DNA of 59,330 bases, filler included. It is 3 parts of 3 records of this genome, joined end to end, with 100 filler letters (N's around TTAATTAATTAA, not from the genome) between each part and the next. Parts side by side here need not be neighbours in the genome. Positions count along the whole stretch, not along the records: positions 28,258 to 47,759 come from DRR378314_780; 2 more parts are not named here. The stretch is one strand, 5' to 3'. Below the pieces are notes generated by a model that did no database searches, was not told the DNA's origin, and saw nothing but the letters and a program-made list of their open reading frames with translations. Within the stretch, counting starts at the first letter, position 1. Each line of letters begins with the position of its first letter. Below, in pieces: positions 28,336 through 37,635 of this stretch. The translations under genes and the position numbers were made by a program.

Positions 28336-30393
28336 CTACAAACTCGCACTTACAGATAACACTCCAGACCTCCCATAACCATTGACTCCAGAGCCATGGT
28401 ATCTATAATCCTCATTGAAGATATTCTGTAGTCCAACAGCTATGGTAATGTAATTAATGGAATAACTGCCATGAATGTTAAGTACGTTCCAACCGGGCGT
28501 ACCACCATCAGGGATTCTATTGTCATCTACATCCCCAGAGGCCAAACGGTCCTGTTTGCCGGCCAAGAGCCAATCAGCATTAAGGTTCCAATTTTTGATG
28601 GTATAGGAGGTGGCCAATCGACCAAATAAGGGTGGGATTCGGCGAGCCGGTTCATCACTGGTTTTGTTTTGGCCATATGTATAGGTCATATTTCCTGATA
28701 GGTTCCAATTGGGATTCAGGCTTAGATCCAAGCCCATTTCGGCCCCTTGGATAAAGCCGCGTTCCACATTTTTCTTTTGATAAACGGGATAACCTTCAAT
28801 ACTGTCGCCAGCTATTCTGTTCCGCACAATTAAATCGTACAATTCATTGCGATATAAAAATACTTCGGCCTTCACGGCACGGTTACGAAATTTGTAGCCC
28901 AGTTGATATTGTAGGGAATGTTCCGGTTTTAGATCGAAATTGGGTGTTTCGTACCTAAAATCTACTATGCCCAAGGATCCAAGATCATTGATATTCGGAG
29001 CCCTAAAGCCTGTATTGATGGAGGCAAAGATATTGGATGTTTCATTCAATCTTCGCTGCACCGCCAGATTTCCAACCAAGGCCGAGGGCGTAAGTTTGGT
29101 AGCGCCCAAGACCGAATCGGTCACTTTGTTGACAAAGGTATTGAACCGCAAACCTACTGTAATGTCCCATTGCTCCATGCTTAGGGTATGCATGCTGAAA
29201 GCGGCAATACTGGTCATGGTAGCCCCGTCTGGATATAAGCCGCGATTGGGCGTTTCGTTACTTGTGGTCAGATCCTTATCAGTACGACTACTTCTTACCT
29301 TGTCGTTATAGATCTCCACCCCGCTATTTGCCGACCATATTTTTCCATGGCTAGAAAATGTTTCGGCCGAAAATCCAAAGGTCCTCACCTTATCATTTTC
29401 GGTTCGTCGTGAAGTGGAGCCATTTCTTTGCAATATCCTACCTTCTTCATGATGCTGGTAGGAAGCGGTGAGCACTGCAGTTTTAAAGATATTGTTCCCC
29501 AGGTCCTGATGGAGTCTAGCATAGGCCAGTTCCCTTTTTTGTGGGTCCATCTTATTTATGGCATAATCCTCCAGAGCTACCTTGTGGTAGACGGGAACAT
29601 CTTTTTGATGCACACGTTGGTACACTGTGGTGAGGCGGGAACGGTCCGACAGCAATATTTTTCCCTTGAGGTCAAAATCCAATTCCCGGTAGCCAGTTGG
29701 AATCTGTTGTCCGGTGGTATCACCACCTACAAGGTCTCCGAAATTTCGCCATGTGGCATTGGCCCTAAAGGCCACTCGTTTATCACCGTATTTTAAGGCT
29801 GCATTGGCCGTCTGTTCCATGTCCTGTGTCACAAATCGGGTAAAAAGATCCGTACCCCAAACCGGTTTTTCGGCGGTTTCCACCTCTGTGCTCAAGGCTT
29901 GGATGGTTCCCCCTATGGCATCGGAACCATATTGTACAGAACCGCTTCCACGTAAAACTTCCATTTTGCCCACGCTGAACACATCAATAGTATTAAAATA
30001 CTGGTTGGGTCCCGATCTTACCGTGGCATTATTAAGGCGGATACCGTCATAAAGCAGTAAGGTCTGGTTCCCAGTTAACCCTCTTATAAAGGGCGATCCT
30101 CCGCCATGGTTGGTTTTTTGAACAAACACCCCTGTTGCCAATAGCAGTGCTTCGGGAGCCGTACGCAATTGAAATCTTTGTATAGAGTTGTTGTTGACCA
30201 CCTCAATGGCTTCCGGGGTCTTATGTTGTATGGATCCGTATCTGTTTGCCGTAACTACTACCTCCTCCAAGGCGTTTAAGGGCAAAGAGTCTTTAGTTGA
30301 CTCGGAATTTTCCTGGCCAATGAGGAATCCTGTGATACTATAGAAAATTATTGCAAAAAGTAATTTTGAAGGTCTATTTAAAACTAAGGTCAT
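28336..30393 (-). CDS. TonB-dependent outer-membrane receptor (non-SusC)
   Basis: Signal peptide, LEEVVVTA TonB-box region, plug motif GGGSPFIRG..DGIRLNN, GFRAPNINDL and QNIFNEDYRYHGSG. Confidence 0.92.
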   Translation of the reverse strand: MTLVLNRPSKLLFAIIFYSITGFLIGQENSESTKDSLPLNALEEVVVTANRYGSIQHKTPEAIEVVNNNSIQRFQLRTAPEALLLATGVFVQKTNHGGGSPFIRGLTGNQTLLLYDGIRLNNATVRSGPNQYFNTIDVFSVGKMEVLRGSGSVQYGSDAIGGTIQALSTEVETAEKPVWGTDLFTRFVTQDMEQTANAALKYGDKRVAFRANATWRNFGDLVGGDTTGQQIPTGYRELDFDLKGKILLSDRSRLTTVYQRVHQKDVPVYHKVALEDYAINKMDPQKRELAYARLHQDLGNNIFKTAVLTASYQHHEEGRILQRNGSTSRRTENDKVRTFGFSAETFSSHGKIWSANSGVEIYNDKVRSSRTDKDLTTSNETPNRGLYPDGATMTSIAAFSMHTLSMEQWDITVGLRFNTFVNKVTDSVLGATKLTPSALVGNLAVQRRLNETSNIFASINTGFRAPNINDLGSLGIVDFRYETPNFDLKPEHSLQYQLGYKFRNRAVKAEVFLYRNELYDLIVRNRIAGDSIEGYPVYQKKNVERGFIQGAEMGLDLSLNPNWNLSGNMTYTYGQNKTSDEPARRIPPLFGRLATSYTIKNWNLNADWLLAGKQDRLASGDVDDNRIPDGGTPGWNVLNIHGSYSINYITIAVGLQNIFNEDYRYHGSGVNGYGRSGVLSVSASL

Positions 30394-30838
30394 TATGTAA
30401 TTAATTGGATAAATATGATTTTGGATGTTATGTTTAGATTGGCTTGAACCTCCAACGGGACAATTGAGCTCTTTACATTAAAAGGTAGCAAAATTGGCCT
30501 ATTCGCCTTTATTCGGTATTAAATTAGTATTATTTAAAATTTATCTTTTGCAATAATAATAGTTCTTCCAAGAATATAAAAGACAATAATGGCATTGGCA
30601 ACCACAGGCTATATTTATTATTGATTGTGGCCATACCAGGGTTGATAAATCATAAAAGGGTAATATTGGATTTATAATTGATAAATTTTATGTATTGTGA
30701 TTCTTTATCTTTGGATTGACGCTGTAGCCCAAAAAAATCAATACTTTTTATGAATATTTTACGAATGTTTTAGATTGATTGCGGCTTAGGTTAAATCAAA
30801 GATTACAACCTTATAATTTAAAAATTTATTGACCATTT

Positions 30839-31537
30839 ATGAAACCAATTGTACAAATTTCCCTAGACCTTACCAATATAGATGAAGCTTTAGAAACAGC
30901 CGCTATGGCATTGCGTGCAGGGGTGGACTGGCTGGAAGCGGGCACTCCCCTTATTCTAGCAGAAGGATTGCACGGGGTTCGAAAATTAAGGGAGGCCTTT
31001 CCCAAAATCCCTATAGTAGCAGATCTTAAGACGATGGACGGGGGGTATTTGGAGGCCGAAATGATGGCCAAGGCTGGTGCTACCCATGTAGTGGTAATGG
31101 CCAGGGCACATGCGGAAACTATAAAAGTGGTAGTACAGGCGGGCAAAGATTACGGGGTAAAGGTAATGGGCGATAATTTGGGATGTCCGGATATGGTGGA
31201 AGGTGCCAAATGGTTGGAAGACCTTGGCTGTGACTATATAATCCACCATATCGGTTATGACGAACGCCGTGGAATTGCTGCCCAAGGCCTAAAAATGCCA
31301 AGCCCCATGGATCAATTGCGCGAAGTGGTCAATGCCGTAAAGGTACCTGTACAGGCCGTAGGCGGACTTACCCTGGAACAGGCCATACGCTGTCCCGAAT
31401 ATGGCGCGCCAATGGTAGTGCTGGGAGCTCCCTTGACCATAGATGCAGATTCCTTTAAGACTGCCGATGGTGATCTGGAAAGTTCTTTGCGACTTATCTG
31501 TGAAAAGATCCATGCCTACGGGGAAGTAACACGCTAA
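30839..31537 (+). CDS. OMP-decarboxylase superfamily enzyme, 3-hexulose-6-phosphate synthase (HPS/KGPDC)-like
   Basis: QISLD, LEAGTPLI, ADLKTMDGG (DxKxxD), HIGYDE and AVGG motifs. Confidence 0.85.
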   Translation: MKPIVQISLDLTNIDEALETAAMALRAGVDWLEAGTPLILAEGLHGVRKLREAFPKIPIVADLKTMDGGYLEAEMMAKAGATHVVVMARAHAETIKVVVQAGKDYGVKVMGDNLGCPDMVEGAKWLEDLGCDYIIHHIGYDERRGIAAQGLKMPSPMDQLREVVNAVKVPVQAVGGLTLEQAIRCPEYGAPMVVLGAPLTIDADSFKTADGDLESSLRLICEKIHAYGEVTR

Positions 31538-31569
31538 TCAACAATTACAAAATAAAAATAATAAGACGA

Positions 31570-32595
31570 ATGAGTTCAATAGGAGTAGTAAATTTCTCTT
31601 CCGAGCCGGGAAGTGTAGAAATTAGGGAAATAGAGAAGCCGACAATAGGCGAAGATGATGTGTTGTTGGAAGTGGCCAACGTTGGGGTGTGCGGAAGTGA
31701 TCTTCATCAATGGACTTCAGACCACAGTTGGCCAGTAAATTACCCCGTGGTCCTTGGGCACGAGTTTGGTGGCCATATTGCGGCATTGGGGAACAGGGTA
31801 AGCGGATGGAAGGAAGGCGATAGGGTTGTCAGCGAGACCGCTGCAATAATAGATCTGAACAGTCCGCTTACAAGACAGGGCCTTTACAACCTGGATCCTA
31901 CTAGAAAAGGTTTTGGGTACGGGGTAAATGGAGCCATGACCCGATTTGTTAAAGTACCTGCCAGATGTCTGCATGCGGTACCGGAAAACTTGCCTTTCGA
32001 ACAGGCCTGCTTAACCGAGCCATGTTCTGTGGCGTACAATGCCGTGGTAATGAATTCTAAAATTAAACCAGGGGACAGGGTTATTGTATTGGGACCAGGG
32101 ACCATAGGTATCCTTTGTGCTGCCGTTGCCCGTTTATGTGGCGCTGAGGTGGCCGTTGTTGGTTTGGAAGCCGATAGGGAAAGATTGAATATAGCCAAGC
32201 AATATGGATGTGAAGGAATAGTGGGCGATGCCAGCGCATGGGCCAATAAACAGGACGGATTAGGGGTGGATTGTGTTATAGATGCCGCAGGGGCAAGTGC
32301 TACACTAAAAATTGCCTTACAATTGGTGCGTCCCAACGGACATATTACCAAGGTGGGGTGGGGCCCACAACCACTAAACTTCTCCTTGGATCCATTAGTG
32401 CAAAAGAATGTTACCCTACAAGGTAGCTTTAGCCATAACTGGCCCATATGGGAAAAAGTACTTTCCCTATTGGTTTCCGGAACTTTGGATGTAAAACCTA
32501 TTATTGGAGGGGTATGGGAATTGAAGGATTGGCATGAGGCTTTCGATCAAATGCATACCGGTAAGGTGGTGAAAAGTGTTTTAAAACCAAGTTAA
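31570..32595 (+). CDS. Zinc-dependent polyol dehydrogenase (MDR family)
   Basis: GVCGSDLH, GHEF, LTEP and GPGTIG motifs. Confidence 0.9.
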   Translation: MSSIGVVNFSSEPGSVEIREIEKPTIGEDDVLLEVANVGVCGSDLHQWTSDHSWPVNYPVVLGHEFGGHIAALGNRVSGWKEGDRVVSETAAIIDLNSPLTRQGLYNLDPTRKGFGYGVNGAMTRFVKVPARCLHAVPENLPFEQACLTEPCSVAYNAVVMNSKIKPGDRVIVLGPGTIGILCAAVARLCGAEVAVVGLEADRERLNIAKQYGCEGIVGDASAWANKQDGLGVDCVIDAAGASATLKIALQLVRPNGHITKVGWGPQPLNFSLDPLVQKNVTLQGSFSHNWPIWEKVLSLLVSGTLDVKPIIGGVWELKDWHEAFDQMHTGKVVKSVLKPS

Positions 32596-32599
32596 GACC

Positions 32600-33400
32600 A
32601 TGCGATTAAAAGATAAGGTCATATTAATAACAGGAGGATATACCGGTATAGGCAAGGCCATAGCCAAGCGCTGCGTAAAGGAAGGGGCCAAAGTATTGGT
32701 CAACGGCTTGGAAGAGGAGCGTGGCTTGGCACTGGTGGAGGAATTGGGTGCGGATAGTATTGGTCATCTTACTATGGATATCACGGAAGATAGTGCCCCG
32801 CAATTATTGGTAGAAGAGGCCATATCCAAGTTTGGAAAATTGAATGGTGTAGTCAATAATGCCGCCTATATTGCTTCCTCCAATATTACAAGTACCGAAG
32901 TAGCTTTTATAAAGCGTATGTTGGCCGTGAATTCCGTTGCTCCTTTAATGATCATTCAGGCGGCCTTACCGCATTTATCAGCTGTTCGCGGTTGCGTACT
33001 CAATATAGGTTCTATTAACGCTTGGGGCGGGGAACCCGATCTATTGGCCTATAGCATGTCCAAAGGGGCATTGATGACCATGACCAGGAATCTGGGCGAC
33101 AGTTTGTTTAGGGAGAATGGGGTACGTGTAAACCAGATCAATCCAGGTTGGGTACTCACGGAAAAGGAAATATTGAACAAGAAAGAACAAGGAATGAAAG
33201 CCGATTGGTATAAGGACATACCGGACATTTTTGCTCCTGCCCAACGCATTTTTACCCCAGAGGAAATAGCAGCGGCCTGCCTCTATTGGCTCTCCGATGA
33301 ATGTGGTCCTGTAAGCTCCCAAGTAATGGACCTGGAACAGTTTCCTATAATAGGGCGTAACCTCCCCAAAAACTGGGAAGGTTCCCATAAAAAGAAATAA
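32600..33400 (+). CDS. Short-chain dehydrogenase/reductase
   Basis: TGGYTGIG, VNNAA, YSMSK (YxxxK) and INPGW motifs. Confidence 0.92.
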   Translation: MRLKDKVILITGGYTGIGKAIAKRCVKEGAKVLVNGLEEERGLALVEELGADSIGHLTMDITEDSAPQLLVEEAISKFGKLNGVVNNAAYIASSNITSTEVAFIKRMLAVNSVAPLMIIQAALPHLSAVRGCVLNIGSINAWGGEPDLLAYSMSKGALMTMTRNLGDSLFRENGVRVNQINPGWVLTEKEILNKKEQGMKADWYKDIPDIFAPAQRIFTPEEIAAACLYWLSDECGPVSSQVMDLEQFPIIGRNLPKNWEGSHKKK

Positions 33401-33425
33401 TTAATAACTATAAAAGAATTAAGAT

Positions 33426-34319
33426 TTGCCACAATTAGCAGTATTTCCCAAAGCATTTATGCATGAACTATGCAAGGATGGAACCATGAAAGTTTCCGAA
33501 TGGATCGACCTGGCGGTTGAACTAGAGGTAGGCGGCTTGGAATGGTACGCCGGATTTTTGGAGATGGCCGATAAATCCAACTGGCCTATTTTTAGGGAGC
33601 AGGTAGAACGCCATGGAAAAGCAATACCCATGCTTTGCTGTTCCCCGGATTTTACCCATCCCGATGCCTCTTTTCGGGAAAAGGAAATTAAAAAACAAAT
33701 AGGGTGGATAGAAATGACCCACGCCTTGGGCGGTTCCTATTGCAGGGTGCTGTCCGGACAACGTCGTCCCGAATTAACTATGGAAGAGGGGATCGGCTTT
33801 GCTGCGGATTGCATTAAAGAATGTCTTCCCCATGCGGAAAAGTTGGGAGTTACCTTAATATTGGAAAACCACTATAAGGACGATTTTTGGGAGTATCCCG
33901 AATTTGCCCAGCAAATGGACATTTTCTGTAAGTTGGTAGATAGGATCCACCATCCCAATTTTGGGGTCAATTACGATCCTAGCAATACCTTTTTGGCAGG
34001 GGAGGACCCCCTGGAACTCTTGTACCGGGTGTCCGATCGCGTGGTTACCATGCACGCCAGTGACCGTTATCTAAAAGAAGGTACTATTGAAGATCTGCGC
34101 AAGGAAGAAGGTGGTGCCATGGGCTATGCCAAAAGATTGAGTCACGGCGAAATAGGCAAGGGCCTCAACGATTATGATGCTATTTTCAAGGAATTGAAAA
34201 GAGTAGGTTTTGATGGCTGGATCAGTATTGAAGACGGCGTGGACGGAATGGATCAGCTAGAACGTAGTGTAGCCTTTTTAAGAAAAAAAGTAAAGGAATA
34301 TTGGCCTGAATTTAAATAG
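33426..34319 (+). CDS. Xylose-isomerase-like TIM-barrel sugar(-phosphate) isomerase/epimerase
   Basis: LENH, YDPSN, MHASD and SIED metal-ligand pattern; TTG start. Confidence 0.88.
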   Translation: MPQLAVFPKAFMHELCKDGTMKVSEWIDLAVELEVGGLEWYAGFLEMADKSNWPIFREQVERHGKAIPMLCCSPDFTHPDASFREKEIKKQIGWIEMTHALGGSYCRVLSGQRRPELTMEEGIGFAADCIKECLPHAEKLGVTLILENHYKDDFWEYPEFAQQMDIFCKLVDRIHHPNFGVNYDPSNTFLAGEDPLELLYRVSDRVVTMHASDRYLKEGTIEDLRKEEGGAMGYAKRLSHGEIGKGLNDYDAIFKELKRVGFDGWISIEDGVDGMDQLERSVAFLRKKVKEYWPEFK

Positions 34320-34343
34320 GGGGTACCCAAAGCCTTATAAGCT

Positions 34344-34387
34344 AAAAGTCACCAATAAGAATTGCAAAGGTCTGTTGGTGACTTTTT
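34344..34387 (+). terminator. Intrinsic terminator of the four-gene operon
   Basis: AAAAGTCACCAA...TTGGTGACTTTTT. Confidence 0.65.
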
Positions 34388-34439
34388 GGTTTCGGGGGAA
34401 ATGGTTTTATAAGATGTAAACTTGCAATGACGGAGTAGC

Positions 34440-34895
34440 CAAAAGGCAAAAGGCAGAGTCTATAGAAAAGAGAGTAAAGAATAAAGAGACCGACCAGAGT
34501 CGAAAACTTTTGAATTTCTAGGTTCTTGATTCTGTCGTCAGTTCGAGTGAAATGCCGATAGGCATTTAGTATCGAGAACTGCTTTGGTGTTGTTCGTCTA
34601 CTTCTCGATACAATTTTATTGCGCTGCGCTTCATAAAATCACCTACCTGCCGGTAGGCAAGCTCGAAGTGACGACTTTCAACTTTTAAACATTAAACTTT
34701 AAATCGTTTGAGCTACTGAAGACTGTTCACTTGAATCCCTTTTCGATACAAACCTCCTTCGTCGGATTACCTACCTGCCGGTAGACAGGCTCGAAGTGAC
34801 GGGCAGCCCTCTGACCACTGATTACTGTCCACTGTTCACTGATGACTGATCACTAACAATTGTTCATTGCTAATTGTTCATTGTTTATTGTATTT
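34440..34895. repeat. Intergenic mosaic: REP-like doublet with nested palindromes and heptamer tracts
   Basis: GTCGTCAGTTCGAG (34534) / CTCGAAGTGACGAC (34662-34675), a further arm at 34741-34800, ACTG-core heptamers (34811-34854) and AATTGTTCATTG heptamers (34858-34890). Confidence 0.85.
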
Positions 34896-34898
34896 GTA

Positions 34899-35603
34899 TC
34901 AGCGATAACCCCTCACATCACCCATATCCAAAGTAATTGGGCCAATACTGTGTTTACTGGGCAGAAATGCGCCACTTTCCGTTACTTGCCATTCATCCCA
35001 ACTGGCTTCAATGCCACCAATAGGGATAATGTTCACCCACATCTTAAAGCTAATGGGGAAGCCGTTTGGTTGTAATTTCCATAAGTAGGAATCGCCTGGT
35101 GTGTCGCCACCGCTGGTGTAGGTGACCAATAATTCTTGGGTTCCGTCTTCTAAGGATACCATTCTTCTTTCTGTACCAGGATCAAAAATCTTGTATGGGG
35201 CAACCAACCAAAAAGAGTCATTGTTGAAAAAAGAGGTGGCTTTTTTAATAATTTCTTCCCTTTCTTCACCACCTAGGAGTGACTTATTTTTGGCAACCGA
35301 GCTCTTTGAGGGCATCTTTAGATTAAGATGCACCTGATAATCGCTCCAAGCAACAAGTACAGTATCTATTTCCTTATCCCAACTATAATGGTGTTTGCCA
35401 TTGGCAAAAGACCATTCCAGGAAACGGGTGTCCTTATAGGCTTTATAATTGAGGGAGGTCAGCATTTTCATGGCCAAGTCATCGGCATTTTGGCTTTTGA
35501 TACCCGTAGGCAGGGGTTCGTTGTAAATAGCATAGAGAATAGCGCCCAAGGTGAATAATAGCAGCAATACGCCAAGTAATATTTTGCCTATTTTTTTGAT
35601 CAA
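34899..35603 (-). CDS. Membrane-anchored hypothetical protein
   Basis: 234-aa ORF with an N-terminal TM helix and FNNDSFWLVAPYK / YTSGGDTPGDSY motifs. Confidence 0.75.
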   Translation of the reverse strand: MIKKIGKILLGVLLLLFTLGAILYAIYNEPLPTGIKSQNADDLAMKMLTSLNYKAYKDTRFLEWSFANGKHHYSWDKEIDTVLVAWSDYQVHLNLKMPSKSSVAKNKSLLGGEEREEIIKKATSFFNNDSFWLVAPYKIFDPGTERRMVSLEDGTQELLVTYTSGGDTPGDSYLWKLQPNGFPISFKMWVNIIPIGGIEASWDEWQVTESGAFLPSKHSIGPITLDMGDVRGYR

Positions 35604-35683
35604 TTATAATCGGTTTTTAGGGGTTCGCAATGCATCCATTGACCCTAATATACAAATTGGACGGATACAACCTACGGATTTGC

Positions 35684-37372
35684 CTAAAATCCTACGGCGG
35701 TATCGTCCCCACGCTTATCGGCACCCCCTTCAAGTTTACCGCTTGGCAATATCTTAATGGCATCTACCTTACCTATAACCGGAGTGTTTTCTTCATTAAT
35801 TATGTATCCCTTGTTTTTTAGGGCGGTGAGCAAGTCCTGCTCAAATCCTTCCGGTTCAAAAATGATGGCATCGGGCAACCATTGATGGTGAAAACGCGGA
35901 GCGTTTACCGCATCCTGCATACTCATATTAAACTCATAGCAGTTTAGAATGGTCTGGGCCACAGCTGTTATTATTGTGGACCCTCCTGGAGTGCCTACCA
36001 CCATCCATAACTTTCCATTTTTTTCCACAATGGTAGGCGTCATACTACTTAGCATCCGCTTTTCTGCAGAGATGCTATTGGCCTCGGCACCCACTAGTCC
36101 GAACATATTGGGAACCCCTGGTTTGGAACTAAAATCGTCCATTTCATTATTTAGAAAGAACCCAAGTTCATCCGAGAAGAGTTTGGAGCCATAACCTCCA
36201 TTAATGGTTGTTGTGGCCGCAATGGCATTTCCAAAGGAATCTACAATAGAGTAGTGGGTAGTTTGGTCGCTTTCTACAATTTGTACCTCCCCATGGGATA
36301 CTTCCGAGGATTTGGTAGCTTTATCAAAAGAAAAATTTTGCATTCTTTCCTGTAGGTATTGGTCCGACAAAAGCTCCTTTAAAGGGATTTCCACAAAATC
36401 CGGGTCCCCCAGAAAGTAGTTTCTATCGGCATAGGCCCTACGGGAAGCCTCCGTAAACAATTGAATGGATTTAACCGAATTATGCCCATAGCTGGATAGG
36501 TCATAGGGTTCCATCATCTTAAAAATTTGATTTATCGTAAACCCGCCACTGCTGGGGGGGCTCATGGATATGATTTTTAGGTCCTTATAATGGAACGTAA
36601 TTGGGGATCTCCATTTGGCTTCATATTTTTCAAGATCTTCAACAGTAAGATAACCGCCTTTGGCCTGGATAAAACTGGCCAATTTTTCTGCAACTTCCCC
36701 TTTGTAAAATCCATCTTTACCCTGATCGGAAATTTTTTGAAGGGTATTTGCCAAAGCGGGGTATTTTATGGTATCGCCCGTCTTGTAAACAGTGGCAAAA
36801 AAAGTCGTATCACTATTCACTTCCATAAAAATGTCACGATAGTTTTCCAATCTTTTGGCCTGATTTTCGGTAACAACTACGCCTTTTTTGGCCAGCTCAA
36901 TAACTGGTGCCATGATTTCTTTTAGGGATAGGGATCCAAATTTTTCGTGGACGGCAATTACACCGGCCACTGTACCAGGAACCCCTACGGCCGTGGCTCC
37001 CAAAGTACTTTTGCCCGGAATTACATTTCCCAAAGAATCCAAATACATATCTGCATGCGCAGCCAAAGGTGCTTTTTCGCGGTAGTCCAAACCTCCTGTT
37101 TCCCCATTGGCTTTCCTAAATACCATAAAACCTCCGCCGCCAATATTTCCGGCATAGGGATAGGACACGGCAAGAGCTAGTTCCGTAGCAATCATAGCAT
37201 CAAAGGCATTACCTCCCTTTTGGAGGATGTCCGATCCAATTTTGGAGGCCTCCGCTCTGGCAGAGACAACCATTGCTTTTTCGGTAACTAGGCCTGTAGG
37301 TATGGGGTCGGGTACGTTCCTGCAATTGATAAATAGAAGTATTCCAAGCAAGAAACCAGTTATACGGATCAT
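35684..37372 (-). CDS. ggt: Gamma-glutamyltransferase (lipoprotein signal)
   Basis: GGNAFDA, DYREKAP, TTHYS (catalytic Thr), LNNEMDDFS, LSSMTP and GTPGGS motifs. Confidence 0.96.
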   Translation of the reverse strand: MIRITGFLLGILLFINCRNVPDPIPTGLVTEKAMVVSARAEASKIGSDILQKGGNAFDAMIATELALAVSYPYAGNIGGGGFMVFRKANGETGGLDYREKAPLAAHADMYLDSLGNVIPGKSTLGATAVGVPGTVAGVIAVHEKFGSLSLKEIMAPVIELAKKGVVVTENQAKRLENYRDIFMEVNSDTTFFATVYKTGDTIKYPALANTLQKISDQGKDGFYKGEVAEKLASFIQAKGGYLTVEDLEKYEAKWRSPITFHYKDLKIISMSPPSSGGFTINQIFKMMEPYDLSSYGHNSVKSIQLFTEASRRAYADRNYFLGDPDFVEIPLKELLSDQYLQERMQNFSFDKATKSSEVSHGEVQIVESDQTTHYSIVDSFGNAIAATTTINGGYGSKLFSDELGFFLNNEMDDFSSKPGVPNMFGLVGAEANSISAEKRMLSSMTPTIVEKNGKLWMVVGTPGGSTIITAVAQTILNCYEFNMSMQDAVNAPRFHHQWLPDAIIFEPEGFEQDLLTALKNKGYIINEENTPVIGKVDAIKILPSGKLEGGADKRGDDTAVGF

Positions 37373-37635
37373 AGACTAAAAATTTTCCAAAAAGATAGTC
37401 ATATTCCAATTAAATTTGAATTATATGATATAATCAGACTGAAAATTATGGATTACTATTAATCCAATCGGCAATTCCGACGAATATCAAATATATTAAC
37501 CTAGGGATTGTCAAAATAGAAATAGGTATATTGAGGTCTATGGGCTCACTACCGCAATTTGAATAGTACCAACACTGGAAGAATAAGTAGTGTTGGGTTA
37601 CCTTTGGATTTTGACAATCAAGTACTTTGTATTCC

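Noticed and set aside
30394..30600. Cobalamin or TPP riboswitch upstream of the TonB receptor
   Set aside because: AT-rich with no recognisable conserved riboswitch motifs.
30839..31537. pyrF (OMP decarboxylase)
   Set aside because: Has EAGTP and HIGYD motifs of the HPS/KGPDC branch, lacks the DIPNT-type signature, and sits in a sugar-enzyme context.
28336..34319. Polysaccharide utilisation locus
   Set aside because: The receptor is not SusC-like, and there is no SusD or glycoside hydrolase.
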